Source: Chiloscyllium plagiosum
Lineage: Eukaryota
Assembly (NCBI RefSeq): GCF_004010195.1
Contig: NC_057718.1
Coordinates: 83,588,624 to 83,652,623 of the forward strand
Direction: 5' to 3'
DNA length: 64,000 nucleotides
Part shown: positions 1-13,248 of the stretch, piece after piece
How the letters are laid out: the number at the start of each line of letters is the position of its first letter
Numbering within the stretch: the stretch's first letter is position 1
Program-made: the position numbers and the translations under genes
Notes under the pieces: model-generated
What the model saw: the letters and a program-made list of their open reading frames with translations, nothing else
Told to the model about the DNA's origin: nothing
Database searches by the model: none

Positions 1-1000
1 ACAGTTTATCTAATAGAGTCCAAGAATTCCTTAGCCTTTTCTGGTGATCCAAAGTTATATACAGATCCTTCATGGTTAAAGCGTAACATCGCTGGGTAGC
101 GTAAGGAGTACTGAATATTTAAGTCCCTTAAACGCTTCTTCGCCTCATCGAATGCCTTCCTCTTTCGAACCAGAGCCGGGGAAAAGTCCTGAAATAGCAT
201 GATCTTGGATCCTTTGTAGATCATAGCTTGGGGGTCTTTTCCGAGATTTCTAGAGGCTTCTAGGAGTATCTGCCTCTCCCTGTAGCTCTGCAGCCGGAAC
301 AGGACCGGGCGTGGGCGCTGGTTCGAGCCGGGCCCGCGTATTGCGACCCGGTAGGCCCATTCTACCCTTACCTGGCCTGATCCAGCCACTGCTCCAGGAA
401 CACTGTAAGCTGGCCTTCCTCTTCCCGTTCGGGAAGGCCCAGCAAACGAATATTTTTTCGACGACCTCGATTATCGAGGTCGTCAATATGATTTTCCAAG
501 GTCCTGACTCGCTGCTCGAGAGTCCGGACCTCATCCACGGCCGATTGAGCAGTATTTTCGGAGGTCGCAGCCTTTAGCTCCGCCCCTCCGACTCGGCGTT
601 CAATTTCTTGAATCTCTCGGTCGTGCTTCTGCAGCGCGGCCGAGAGTGAGTTCCAACGATTTCTGGATTCTGCAATAAAGGCATCGATCTTCGAGTCAAG
701 CTTGGAAATCATTTCTGCAAGGCTTGTTACTGTTGATAAGTCCCCTGGGGCGGCTGTGGACGCCTCTGCTGCCGCTGGAGAGGGTGGGGGAGGGGTTCCT
801 GCTTGCTGAGAGTTGCGGGCTCCCTTCCCTTTAGTCATTTTAACTTAGGATTAAATTGTTTAAATGTAATATTACACAACTAATTAAATTACACAACTAT
901 TATAAATGATTTGGTCGGGGGTGGGTGACCCACTGTACCCAAGTCTTGGGAGGAGCACTATAGACTCAGTCTTGCTGGGTCGCCGCCATCTTGGATCCCC
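1..1000 (-). mobile_element. 5' end of an L1-clade LINE: 5'UTR plus frameshifted ORF1; continues beyond the left edge
   Basis: ORFs 368-838 and 6-389 together give an L1 ORF1p (coiled coil, LDNRGRRKNIRLLGLPE, PRPVLFRL, IMLFQDFSPAL, YSLRYPAML). The minus strand begins GGGGATCCAAGATGGCGG. CpG-rich. Confidence 0.92.
984..993 (-). promoter_or_regulatory. YY1-type box (CAAGATGGCG) at the L1 5' terminus
   Basis: Matches the YY1 core found at the start of L1 internal promoters. Confidence 0.7.
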
Positions 1001-1644
1001 GGAGCAGGTAAATTGTTAACGATGATGAACAGTTTAAATTCTAGAAGGCACAGTTAAAAATTAACAAGATGCAAACAAAATATGTGAGGTGGGACCTTTT
1101 GACCAAAAGTATAAGTGTGATACAGAATAATTTTTCAAGGTAGTTATTGAGTTATTGTATAAAGGGTTCAAGAGGTCATTTATGGCTCTGAGGGGAGGAG
1201 AAGGCTTAATACATTTAGTATTAAAAATAGTTTTAAAAAATCTGAGTTCTGACTCTCAACATGCATCCAATTTCCCCATTCCAGTGTTAACAAAAATGGG
1301 ATGTAAGGGGCAGGTAACCAACCCCACTACCAGAATTATAATGAAACTACAGGCCTCAAAACACTCTTGACCTCCAGGTCTCCTGGGCCACAGAAAATCC
1401 ACAGATACATTGATGCTAAAGGGTTAATGCTAAAGCTAGGGCTAATGGACCCAAATTCTTTGTCTTTTTATTTACTTCCAGGATGAAGACTTCACCAAAT
1501 CCTTTACAATGGACATCGCACAATCTTTTAGATTTCCCCAAAACATCCTCCCAACCCTCCACCGAGAAAGTCACTACACCCATCCCATCAAAGCATCCTC
1601 ACTCCATTTTATACTGAGGACCCTGACTTCTTGCCTCCTACTAC

Positions 1645-1775
1645 GAGAAAGCGAAGACTGCAGACACTGGAGAGTCAGAGTCGAAAAGTGTGGCATTGGA
1701 AAAGTACAGCAGGTCAGGCAGCATCCGAGGAGCAGAAGAGTCGATGTTTCGGGCAAAAGCCTTTCATCAGGATTC
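1645..1775 (-). mobile_element. Penelope-like pLTR fragment (family A) with degenerate hammerhead
   Basis: Same sequence as the ends of the 13.2-14.7 kb PLE. Minus strand reads CTGATGA-AAGGCTTTTGCCC-GAAACATC. Confidence 0.8.
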
Positions 1776-2764
1776 ACTCACTCACCCACTCACCTGTTCA
1801 TCTAATCACCTGTGCTAATACATTCAAACTGGATCTTTAAACTTATCATGTGGCAGCTTAAGACTTAAGAAGGGTCATGTTTTATCTTCCCTGACTCCAT
1901 CCCACTCTGATGAAAGCTGCACTTGGATGACCCCCTGCAGAAATAGAAAAGTATACCAGTGTCAATTCAAGGATTTATCCGATGAATAATGCTGCTGCTG
2001 CTTGAAATTTCCAGTTATGGAATTGTATCCATTGGAACAATACCTATGCCACTCCATTTATGGAACCATATCCATAGAAGTGTGTCCATGCAACATATAT
2101 GCAAATCCAGCCACAGAACCATATCCATGTATCTGTAACCATATAATAATATCTAGGAAATGTATCCATGCAACTGTTTCCATTGAACTGTTCCACAGTA
2201 AGAATTACTGCATTTAGAAAACTGAAGCAGTAATTTGGATTTTTAAAAACATATTTTCTTCTTCCTTTTCATCTATTGAAACGTAAATGAAGATTTTTAC
2301 CATGATCCTCCCAGTCGGAGACCTTTTCATTATTTCCTTGTACGTTACCAACCTGGATTCCAAAAAAAGCAAAACACATAACAGCATTTCTCCTTCAATT
2401 TGTAACTGCCAAGATAGTTTTCACTCTTTCTCTCTCTCTTGCTACATGTGTCACATTGTTTCTCTTTCTCAGTCATTGGGCTGAAAATTATTTTGACAGC
2501 GTGTCTCATTGAATGTAGGAGAAAGACATCATTTGGTATTAAACAGGGAAACAGCCGTAAGTTAGACAACCAAAAATAGAGCTCCTAGACTATCCGATTA
2601 ATACATATAAAAGCAAGTTAGTAACCTCTGGATTTACATTTCTCTGCTCTACTTAACAAGATTTTGAAGAGTGAGAGTAGAATTACCAGAGAAACGGACT
2701 GAATTCAAGCAGTCAGCAGATATTGATAATAGTCATTTGTAGCAGTAGTCTGTTTTCCAGGAGA

Positions 2765-2940
2765 AGGTCATGTGGTGCATAGGGGAGCATTCCTGCCTCT
2801 TAGTAAGGAGCTCAGAGTTCAAGTCCTCCTCCAGCATGTGATGGCTACAAAAATTGGCAGATGAATAGAGTGGGAGAGTCTCTTGGTCAGCCATACTGAT
2901 GAGAGCAGTACCCCTCAAGCTATAGCCTCTGGTGACATGC
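2765..2940 (+). mobile_element. tRNA-derived SINE remnant
   Basis: A-box-like GTGGTGCATAGG and B-box-like GAGTTCAAGTC at tRNA-like spacing. Confidence 0.45.
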
Positions 2941-3209
2941 GATAGAAAAACTAACCATAGAATTAGACATAAACACATGCTTTGTCTGTCTTTTGTACCT
3001 CTGGGAATGGAAGAGAACAAAAATTATTTTTATATACCTTAGTAAGCTTTTTTGTCAAATTTATAAGATTCCAGTTATGCTAAATTATCATAATAATTGT
3101 TCCTGCTTATAGGTAGAGTTTCAGGTCACTAACACTTGCTGCTTTACAAAGTTCTTCACAACACCTATATCTCTTGCCTAACATCTTAAAACTGTATATC
3201 TTAGCCCTG

Positions 3210-4020
3210 TGTACCATCAGATAATGGGAACATTCTTTGGCTACCTTATCTCAATCTGCTGTAATCTTGTATGCTTCCCCTCAACCTCCTTTGTTCTAAC
3301 ATTGAACACCCCCTGCTTCTCCAACCTAACATTGTAGCTAAAATCCTTCACCTTGGACCATTCTGGTAAATTTTCTCTGCAACCTCTCAGAGACCCTCAC
3401 ATTTTCCTAAGTGTGATAACCAAAACCTAAACAGAGTTTTATAAAAATTCAGCTTAACCTCCCTGCTTTTGGATTTAATACATTTATTTGCAGTGCCCAA
3501 TATCTAGCCATCTTCAAAGACATATCGATATGAATTCTCAGGTCCCCTATATTTTTGCACAATCTTTAAAACTGTGCCATTTTCTCAGTGTTGCTTACAT
3601 TTCCAACATCAGTATCATTAGAAATGTGTACATTTCACTGCATATTCATATATCTAATCAGTTACAGTTGTTTCAGTAAAGCAGTGGATCTAGAACTGAA
3701 TCTTAGGGAACATCTCTGAATATCATCATCCAGACTGAAAACAAATATTTAGCATGCCTCACTGTTTTCTATCCTTACGCCTTGTTTTTTAATCCAGCGT
3801 GATACTGACCCTTCTCTTCTACAGAACCCTGATTTTAATCAGTCTTTCATCAGGCACTTTGCCAAATGCTTTCTTAAAATCCATGTGGAAACATTGATTG
3901 CATTCTTATCACCACTTCATCAATATTCATTTAGATTAATCAAGCACTATCTTTTATTTTAACACATTGGTTCCAGCTTCCTCAATTAACTCAAATCACT
4001 TTAAATGCTTGTTGATTTTT
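3210..4020 (-). mobile_element. Old CR1 LINE ORF2 remnant
   Basis: Degenerate similarity to the CR1 copies at 6.4-8.8 kb and 42.6-43.7 kb. Confidence 0.6.
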
Positions 4021-4279
4021 TTTCAATGATTGTAGTTTCCAAAATCTAAATGCTAAGCAGCATTTAATTAATAGATTTAACAGTTACCTCCCTCTGTACT
4101 TTGAATCATTTAATTAATTATAGTATTACATCATCTTTGATCACTCCTACTAATGAAAACATTCCTCACATATTTTGTAATGCGTGAAGAACACCCATAG
4201 AGCTGTTTAACAAAAACATTTGACAATCTACAAGTATAGTATATTTATAAATTAAGAACTGCCAAATACGGCCGTATTT

Positions 4280-4920
4280 ATAATAACAACTTATATTTAA
4301 ATAGTGCCTTTAATGTAAGAAAATGTCCCAAAGCACTTTGCAGGAGCATTACAAAGCAAAGTATGACATCGAATTGTGACAGGAGTTATTTGGTCATGAT
4401 TTATCAAAAACATACATCTTAGGAAGTGTTTCAAAGGAGACAAATGATGCGGGGAGATATAGGGGTCGCATTCCAAGGCATGATAGGGATAGCCACCAAC
4501 GTTGGAACAATTAAAATCTGAGGCTAGAATTAGAGAGGCACAAATACCTCAAAGGTTTGTGGGTTGAATGTTACATAATAGAGAGGGTTGAATACTATGA
4601 GGGTTTTGATGAGAATTTTAAAATCAAGTCGTTGCTTAACCAGGATGCAATGTAGGTCAGCTAGTACAAGGATGAAAGAGAAACATAAGTTGGTGTGAGT
4701 TCGGACCAGGGCAGCAATATTTGGCTTACATCAGGTTTAAGGAGAATAGAATGTAGGAAACGAGCCAGAAATGTGTTGTCTAGAGGTAATGAAGATAGCG
4801 GATGAGTTGAGATGGGCAAAGTCAGATGATGCTACAGAGTTAACTTCAGGCAGTCTTGATGATGGCTTGATTGTGAGTTTGAAAATGAGGCTGTTGTTCT
4901 GATTATGGAATATACAGGAA
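4280..4920 (-). mobile_element. L2-like LINE 3' remnant (related pieces near 12290-12480 and 26040-26370)
   Basis: Shared end motif AACAAC(T/C)T(A/G)(T/C)ATTTA(A/T)ATAG(T/C)GC followed by a similar purine-rich body. Confidence 0.5.
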
Positions 4921-5689
4921 AACACTCACAGCCAATGCCCACCATCTATGGAAAAACAATTTTGTCTCTGCCCATCTATCTGAAAATCTATTCTCACCTA
5001 TTATCCCAGCATTCAAATAAGACCTCCTCTCCTGAGCACCGTATCATATCTGATACTTTATAATCTACTTAGCCCAAACAACACTCAAAGGTTAATTGTC
5101 TTTCAGGCAGTGAGGTCCTATGAGCAGTCATTTGATTACGATCAGGTAATCTGGTTGAAGGACACATATTGACGAGGACACTGAGAGAACTCCCTGGCTC
5201 TTCTTCAAGTAGTGCCAAGTCTTCCTGAGAGGGAAGATGAAACTAACACTGGAAATGTAAGATGGACAGGCCATCATAGGCAGACAAGTGGCAGACATAA
5301 TTTAATACAGATACAGAGAAGTATGAGGTGATGCCTTTTAGCAGTAGGGAGCGATGCTGTAACTTAATGGCAGTTTTAAAAAAGCTGCATAGGGGACCTG
5401 GAGCATCATGTCAATAGATATTTGAAGGTGACATACTACAGTGTGAGACCAGTTAGTAAAACACTCCTCTGTCTGTGGGCTTTAACTTTCTAAGGACTGT
5501 AAAACTCTGTTGTAAAATTAAACTATGAGTACAATTAATTTCACATTTCGGCACAATTGGGATTTTGCAACACAGGCATGCCTCCAGGTACTTATGGAGA
5601 GAGAGTTGGAACAGGTAAAGAGGCTTTTCAGTGAGTAATGCCTGAAGTATAAAATAATTGAGGAATACAATGTAAAAGCAAAGAAGTCG

Positions 5690-6240
5690 ACAAATCATTT
5701 GGAGTATTGTGTTCAGTTCTGGGCACCTTAATTAAGGAAGGATATTAAAACCCTAGAGAGAGCTCAATAGATATTTACTAAAATGATACCAGGAATAAAG
5801 GATTTTAGATATTTGGAAAGATTAGAGAGATTGGACTTAATCTCCAAGAGCAGAGATTAAGAGGTGACCTTATTAAGGTGTTCAAAATTATGAACAATTT
5901 TCTTAGGGAAAAGAAGTATATTCTATTTCCACTAGCTAATATGTCAGTAACTAAGAGTCATAAAATAAAAATATTATAAAATTATAACAATTATAAAAAA
6001 AGGAGTAAGATGAGGAGAAACTTCTTTACTCAGAGATTTGTTAGGATTTGAAATGCGCTGCCTGGGAGAGCAGTGGAGATGGATTCCATTGAAAAGTTCA
6101 AAAGAGAGCTGGATATATATTTGAAAATGATGACGTTTGTGGGCTAGAGAGTGGGAGTAGCTGGGTAGGTTTTTTGAGAGCTGGTACAGACATGAAAATT
6201 CAAAACGGCGTGTTTCTTTACAATAAAAAGAAATTTAATT
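5690..6240 (+). mobile_element. CR1 LINE 3' fragment
   Basis: [20 protein letters not shown] and FFTQRFVRI-type motifs. Confidence 0.75.
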
Positions 6241-6384
6241 AAAATCTTGGGCACGTTAAATAGAAAAGCAGCTTTATAAAACTCTGTTTAGGCCATGACT
6301 AGCATATTGTGTCCAGTCTTGGTTATCACACTTTATGAAGCATGTGTGAGTCCTCAAGGAGGTGCAGAGAAGATTTATCAGAAT

Positions 6385-8770
6385 TAGAACATAGAACATA
6401 GAACAGTACAGCACAGTACAGGCCCTTCAACCCTCAATGTTGTGCTGACCTTTTATCTTACTCTAAGATCAAATTAACCTACATACCCTTCATTTTACTA
6501 TCATCCATGTACCTATCCAAGAGTCACTTAAATGTCCCTAATGTATCTGACTCGACTACCACTGCTGGCAGTGCATTCCATGCACACACCACTCTCTGTG
6601 TAAAGGATCTATCTCTGACATCTCCTCTCAACATTCCTCCAGTCACTTTAAAATTATCTCTTCCTGTAATAACCATTTCCGCCCTGGGAAAAGATCTCTG
6701 TCTCTCCACTCTATCTATGCCTCCCATCACCTTGTACAGCTCTATCCAGTCACCTCTCATCCTTCTTCACTCCAATGAGAAAAGCCCTAACTTCCTCAAC
6801 CTTTCTTCATAAGACATGCCCTCCAGTCCAGACAACATCCTGGTAAATCTCCTCTGCACCCTCTGTAAAACTTCCACATCCTTCCCATAGCGAGGTGACC
6901 AGAACTGAACACAATATTCCAAGTGTGATCTAATCAGGGCATTATAGAGCTGCAGCATAACCTCACGGCTCTTAAACGCAATGCCCTGCTAATGAAAGCC
7001 AATGCACCATACACCTTCTTAACAACTCTATCAACTTGGGTGACAACTTTGAGAGATCTATGGATGTGGATCCCAAGATCCCTTTGTTCCTTCACAGTGC
7101 CAAGAATCCTGCCCTTAACCCTGTAATCTGCATTCAAATTTGACCTTACAAAGTGAATCACTTCATAATTTTCTAGGTTGAACTCCATCTGTCACTTATC
7201 AGCCCAGCTCTGCATCCTGTCAATGTCCCATTGCACCTAAGACAGCCCTCCACACTATCCACAACTTGACCAACCTTTGAGTCATTGGCAAACTTACTAA
7301 CCCACCCTTCCACTTCCTCATTCATGTCATTTCTAAAAATCAGAAAGAACAGAGGTCCCAGAACAGATTCCTGTGGAACACCTCTGGTCACCAAGCTCCA
7401 GGCTGAATACTTTCCATTCACTACCACCCTCTATCTTCTATGAGCCAGCCAATTCTGTATCCAGACAGCCAAATTTACCTGTATCAATGCTTTCTGAATG
7501 AGCCTATCATGGGAACTGTATTGAACGCCTTGCTAAAATCTATATACACTACTTTTTATTAATTTAAAAAATATACTTTATTCATAAAATAATTTGATAG
7601 TCTGTACAGTTGGTCATGCTATACATACATAAACATTTACATACAGAGATCAGATTTTATCATTTGTATATACAGGTCTGTACATCTAACAATCATATGT
7701 CCATATATTTAGCTGAGGCGTCGGCAGAGCCCAAATCTATATACACCACATCCACTGCTCTGCTTTCATTAATCTGTTTTGTTACATCCTCAAAGAATCC
7801 AATAAGGCCTATGAGGCATGATCTACCTTTTACAAAGCCATGTTGACTACCTCTAATCAAACTATGCATTTTCAAATAATCATAAATCCTGTCTTTCAGA
7901 ATCCTCTCCAATAATTTATCCACCACCAATGTAAGCCTGACTGGTCTGTAATTCCTAGGGTTATCCCTATTCCCTTTCTTGAACAAGGAAATAACATTTG
8001 CTACTGTCCAATCATCTCGTACTATGCCAGTAGATAGTGAGGACGCAAATATCATCGCCAAAGGCATAGCAATCTCTTCCCTTGATTCACGTAGTAACTT
8101 TGGGTATATCCCATCTGGCCCAGGTGACTCATCCATCCTCGTGTTTTTCAAAATTTCAGCACATCCTCCTTCAAGCTGTTCAAGCATGTCAGCCTGTTTT
8201 ATGTTGTTCTCACAAACATCAAGGTCCCTCTCATTAGTGAATACTGAAGCAAATATTCATTAAGGACCCCCTCCACCTCCTCCGACTCCAGGCACAAGTT
8301 CCCTCCACTATCCATGATTGGCCCTACCCTCACTCTGGCCATCCACTTGTTCCTTATGTAACTGCAGAACACCTTGGGGTTTCCCTTAATCCAACCCACC
8401 CAGGTTTTTTCATGCCCCGTTCCAGCTCTCTTATGTCCATTTTTCAGTTCCTTCCTGGCTACCTTGTAACCATCTCGAGCCCTATCTGATCCTTGCTCCC
8501 TCAACCTTATGTAAGCCTCCTTCTTCCTCTTGATTAGATGTTCCACATCTCTAGTCGTCCAAGGTTCCTTCAATGTACCATCCCTTCCTTGCTTCAGTGG
8601 GAAAAACCTATCCAGCACTAACAGCAAGTGCTCCCTCCACATTTCTCTTCTGCATTTCTCTGAGAATATCTGTTTCCAATTTATACTTCACAGTTCCTGC
8701 CTAATAGCATTGCCAATTCCCTCTCCCCCAATTAAATACTTTCCCATACAGTCTGCTCCTATCCCTCTCC
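6385..8770 (-). mobile_element. CR1 LINE ORF2 (RT), decayed, nested in an older CR1
   Basis: SPGPDGIYPKLL, NYRPVRLT, QHGFVKGRSCL, GVPQESVLGP, SKFAND and [10 protein letters not shown] motifs; (AGAACAT)n tail at 6385-6405. Confidence 0.92.
7550..7732 (-). mobile_element. Tx1-like 3'UTR fragment inserted in the CR1 with a 14-bp TSD
   Basis: TSD AAATCTATATACAC at 7536-7549 and 7733-7746. Shares CTCAGCTAAA, AACTGTACAG and TATGAATAAAG with the 3'UTR at 55210-55400. Confidence 0.8.
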
Positions 8771-9639
8771 TGGAATGAAGTATTTTAGCTATAAGATTAG
8801 TGGAGGAATGATGAAAATCAGGGATGTGTAAAAGAACAGAATTGGCGGCCTGCTGAGATTAGAGCTGGTTACAGAGTGATAGGGAGAGGGGCAAGGCCAT
8901 TGAAGGATTTGAACACAAGGTTAGAATATTAAATTTATAACATTGCTGAATGAAACACAACCAATATGGTCCAGCGAGTGCAGGGAGATGGGTGAACTGT
9001 ACTTGAGATTTATTAACTTTGCAAAGACTAGAGGTTGAACACAGAAGTGTCTTTGGTCTACAAATTTGGCCTGTGACTGTCTTAATCAACCCTTTTAATT
9101 TTTATTTTTGTGCAAATTAAATCTTTTTGAATCTTTTGACTTGTTCTCTTCCTTGAAATTATTAGTTGAATGGACAGTAGCAGCTAAGCTAAAGTAAGTG
9201 ATTGCATTTTTTTTCAACATTTTCCTGTGTGATTTTCTTTCATTAGGGTTAAAAATAGACTTCCCTTATCTTCAGCAAATTAGAATGTCTGGTATGTGTT
9301 GTTGCTATGTTTAGTTCAGTGAACTGTGATTTGATAATGTTTTATGTCCAGTCATTTCTGCAGTGTGGAATTTTCTTGCTTTTAGTTCCTTACTTAATTC
9401 TTCTATACTGAGTGCTTAATTATTTTTGTTTATTTACATAATAATCTTTACTATTACATTTATAATCCTGTTTATTCCTTTATTTCATCAATGTCTGTAT
9501 TTTAGTGCAGCTTTAGGAGCATGTAACATAGTGGCAGGAGAAGGACATTTGACACTTGAGTCTGTTCCTCCACTCATTAAGATCATGGTTGATCTGCAAC
9601 CTAACCATGAAACAAGAATTTAGGGATTACCCCCTAGTT

Positions 9640-12090
9640 AATATCAGAATAGGCAGATAGGGTGGATGAATATGTCGATGAAGAGTTGGTACTGGAGGGA
9701 CAGCATTAGATTCCTGGATCATTGGGTCCATTTCTGGGGATGGTGAGAACTGCACAACTCCAACGGGTTGCACCTGAACTGCAAATGAGGCCAAGGCCTT
9801 GCAGAGGGAATGGTTTGCTACTACTGTTGTTGTGGTTTAAAATAATTAGACAGGGAAATGGGATACACAGTGGAGGTAAAATAGTAGTTGATGTACAGAC
9901 AAATGTAAAAGAAAAGCCAAGTCAATTTGGCAGGAAGAGCATATTTGGACAAGTTAAAATGCAAGGGAGATCTGCGAGACATTTATTTTCAAGCAAGGAG
10001 TCTTGCATGTCAGGCAGAAGAGTTGAGAATGTTGAGTGTGCATGGGATATAATTGCTGTCTTGGAGACATGGTTGAGGGAGGAACAAGACTAGTAACTCA
10101 TTACTCTGGGATATAGAATCTTCAGGTGAGATTGTGGGTTGTAAATGTAGATTTGGTGTCACCATACTGATCAAGGAGTCAATTAATGCAGTAGGGAGGG
10201 ATAATATTTAGAAGTGACCTCAATTAAGGCCATTTGGGTCAAATTTAAAACAAAAAGGGACAATCACGTTGTTGGGAATATAGATCCCTAAACAGTCAGG
10301 AAGGGAAAGAAGGGTAGATTTGTAGGCAAATTTCAGGGAAGTATAAAAAAAAGTTAATAACAATAGCAGTTTTCAATTTCCCAACACTAACTATGATAAG
10401 ACAAAGTGTCAAGTGCTTAGAGGGATCGAAGTTCTGAAAAGATATCCAGGAGAGCTTTTTAAGGCAGCTTCTACAAAGTACTACAAGAGATGGGGCAATT
10501 CTGCACCTCATTTTTGGGAATTAAACCAGGAAAGTGGTAGAAATGTCAGTGGAAGACCATTTCAGTGACAGTGACAATAACTTGGTAAAATTCAAGGTAA
10601 TCACAGAAAAGGGCAAAGATGAACCCAAAGTAAAAGTTTTGAATTGGGAAAAGACTGATTTTAATATGATAAGATAAATGTTAGCCTAAATTGAGTATGA
10701 GTGAAGTTGAAAGACTCAGGTGAGTTTTTAAATGAATACGTGATATTTGCATTCATGATAGAGAAGAATGGGTAGATAAAGAAATCAGGGAAGAGGATTA
10801 TGATATACTTGAACACATTAGCATTGAGAAGAAGGAGGTATTAGCAGCGTTAGCTTGTTTTAGAACAAGAGTACAACATTTCCAGTTCTTTTGTCTCTTG
10901 CATAACTCCCTCAGCAGGATTGGAAAATTATGGCCAGAACCTCCACAACATACATGGGCCCGGATGAGGTGTATTCCATTCTGCTGTAGGAGGCAGGGGA
11001 GGAAATTACAAGGGCCCTGACATTACTTTTTAAATCCTGTAGGACAATGAGCTTCACATCAAAAATCCACATAGACAATATTAATCTCCATTTAGACAGA
11101 CAAGGCTTTAATCAAGCACCACTTTGTCAGGAGGAGATCATGTCCGACAGGTCTAATTGAGTTGTTGGAGGATGTAACTAGATATGTCGATGAGGGCAGT
11201 GCAATAGATATTGTCTACATAGACTGTTGACAAGATCTTGCATGAGAGATTGGTCAAGAGGGTAAGAACCCATGGGATCTTGGACAATTTGGCAAATTAG
11301 ATCCAAAATTGGCTTAGTGGCAGGAAACAGAGGATTGTTTTTGTGAGTTAAAGCCTGATTCCTCGGACATATCAGTTCCCTTGCTTTTTGTTGTCTACTA
11401 TGATGATCTAGATATGAATGTAGTTGAGTTGATCTATAAATTTGCACCTCACATGGAAATTAGTTGTGTGGTAAATAACCAAGAGGTAATGCCTTCATTA
11501 GTTCAAAACAATGAATACAAGAACTGGGAGACAATGATGGAAGTGTATAAGACATTAGTTAGGCCGCAGCTAGAGTATTGTGTACAGTTCTGATTGACAC
11601 ACTATTGGAAGGATGTGTTTGCAATAGAGAGGGTGCAGGAAGGGTTCACAAGAATGTGAACCTGAGCTGGAGTGAATCGGTTATGAAGAGAAACTCGATA
11701 GGCTGGAGTTGTTTTCCTTACAGTAGAGAAAGCTGAGGGGGGAATGATTGAGGTGTAAAATATAATGAGGGCATAAGTGGGGTAAATAGGAAGAACTTTT
11801 TCCCTTAGTAGAGGGGTCAATATCAGGGGTACAGACATCTTTTTCTAAAAAGGCAGGAAGTTTAGGGAGGATTTAAGGAAGAATTGTTTTCATCCTAATA
11901 ATGGTGGGTATTTGGAACACACTGCCTTTAAGAAAGGTAGAGGTGGGAACTGTCATAATATTTAATAAACATTTAAATTATCTCGTGAAATGCCATAAAA
12001 TCTATGGGCAAAGTACAAGAAAATGAAAATAGATAAATACTTGATGACTGGTGCCCACATGATGGGCTGAAGCTGTTAAGCTCTATGACT
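9640..12090 (+). mobile_element. Old, heavily decayed CR1 LINE (esterase, EN and RT remnants)
   Basis: DIIAVLETWL (endonuclease), YKTLVRPQLEYCVQF and a CR1-type 3' tail. Confidence 0.75.
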
Positions 12091-13248
12091 TTAAGAATCT
12101 ACATTTATAATCTGCAAATGTGAGCTATGATCTGATGGATTTCCATGTTTCACACACTTTTTTTGTGTATAAACGTGTGCCTCATGTGCCTTTGTGTGTA
12201 TGTGCGTGTGCCTTCAGATGAGCACACTTTTTCTCATGCCCCTCATTGTAAGTTGTTTCTGGACATTTAATAAACCTGCTTCTCCAAAAAACAACCTGCA
12301 TTTATATAGTGCTTTTCAATGCAGTAACACATTTGAAGACTCTTCACAAGTGTACAATCAGATAACAATTGACACTGAGGCAAAGAAGGAGGCATTAGGA
12401 TATGTGACAACATGTGTTATCACACTGGTAGGTTTAAGCAAAGCCTTAAAGGCAGGATGGAGAAACAGGAGTGTGGCCAGACAGCTCAGAGCCTGAACGG
12501 CAAGGCCTGAAACCAGAATAGGCAGCTTTTGAGCAGCCCAGGCCCGATGGGACTTTCAGGACAGGTCAAGCACAAAACATCCACATAAGACAAGGGCAGG
12601 CAAGGAGACTTGCCATGACAGTGAGGCTGGTTTGTGATTTGGAGTACAGCCGGTAGACTTGGGTTCCCACCATGACCATGTATGGAAAGAGGGATAGCCC
12701 TTGACACATCAGAATATGAATGCTGAGGGTAGCCCGAGCATCATCCATACATGACATGGGGGATCCAATTGGATGCCGTGGCCTTGACCTGGAAGAATGA
12801 TTGGCTGAGGGCCAAAGAACATTCTGGAAGGGTAAAGCAGGGAGGGATAAGAACAGAAACCTGGTGATAATTCCTTCAATGAAGACTGGGTCTGGATCGA
12901 AGCTCCGATCACCTGGGGGAGGAAGAAAGAAAGAAGACAACCAGGTGCAGGAGCAACCTTTGCCAAGTTCATCAGAGCCAGTTACAGCTTGGCCAAGTTC
13001 AACTGCACAGATCATATCTGGTGTAAGCCTGGTAAGCTAACAATAATTTAGATATGAATTGCAACAAAGACTTAACTGTATGATTGGTAGAGTAATTAAT
13101 ATAAGAATTGGAGTTTCATCATGAATGAGCAGAGGTTTAGATAATATTTGGTCAAAAGGCCCCTTTTTTGTCTTGTGTATTTTGTGCATGAAATTATGTT
13201 AAATTGCAAGTCAACTCTAACCCTTTTGTCTGCCTAACAAGTATAGTA

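Noticed and set aside
12480..13030. Possible Gypsy integrase C-terminal remnant or unknown exon
   Set aside because: Only faint motif resemblance (DWVWIEAP), with stops in the candidate frames.
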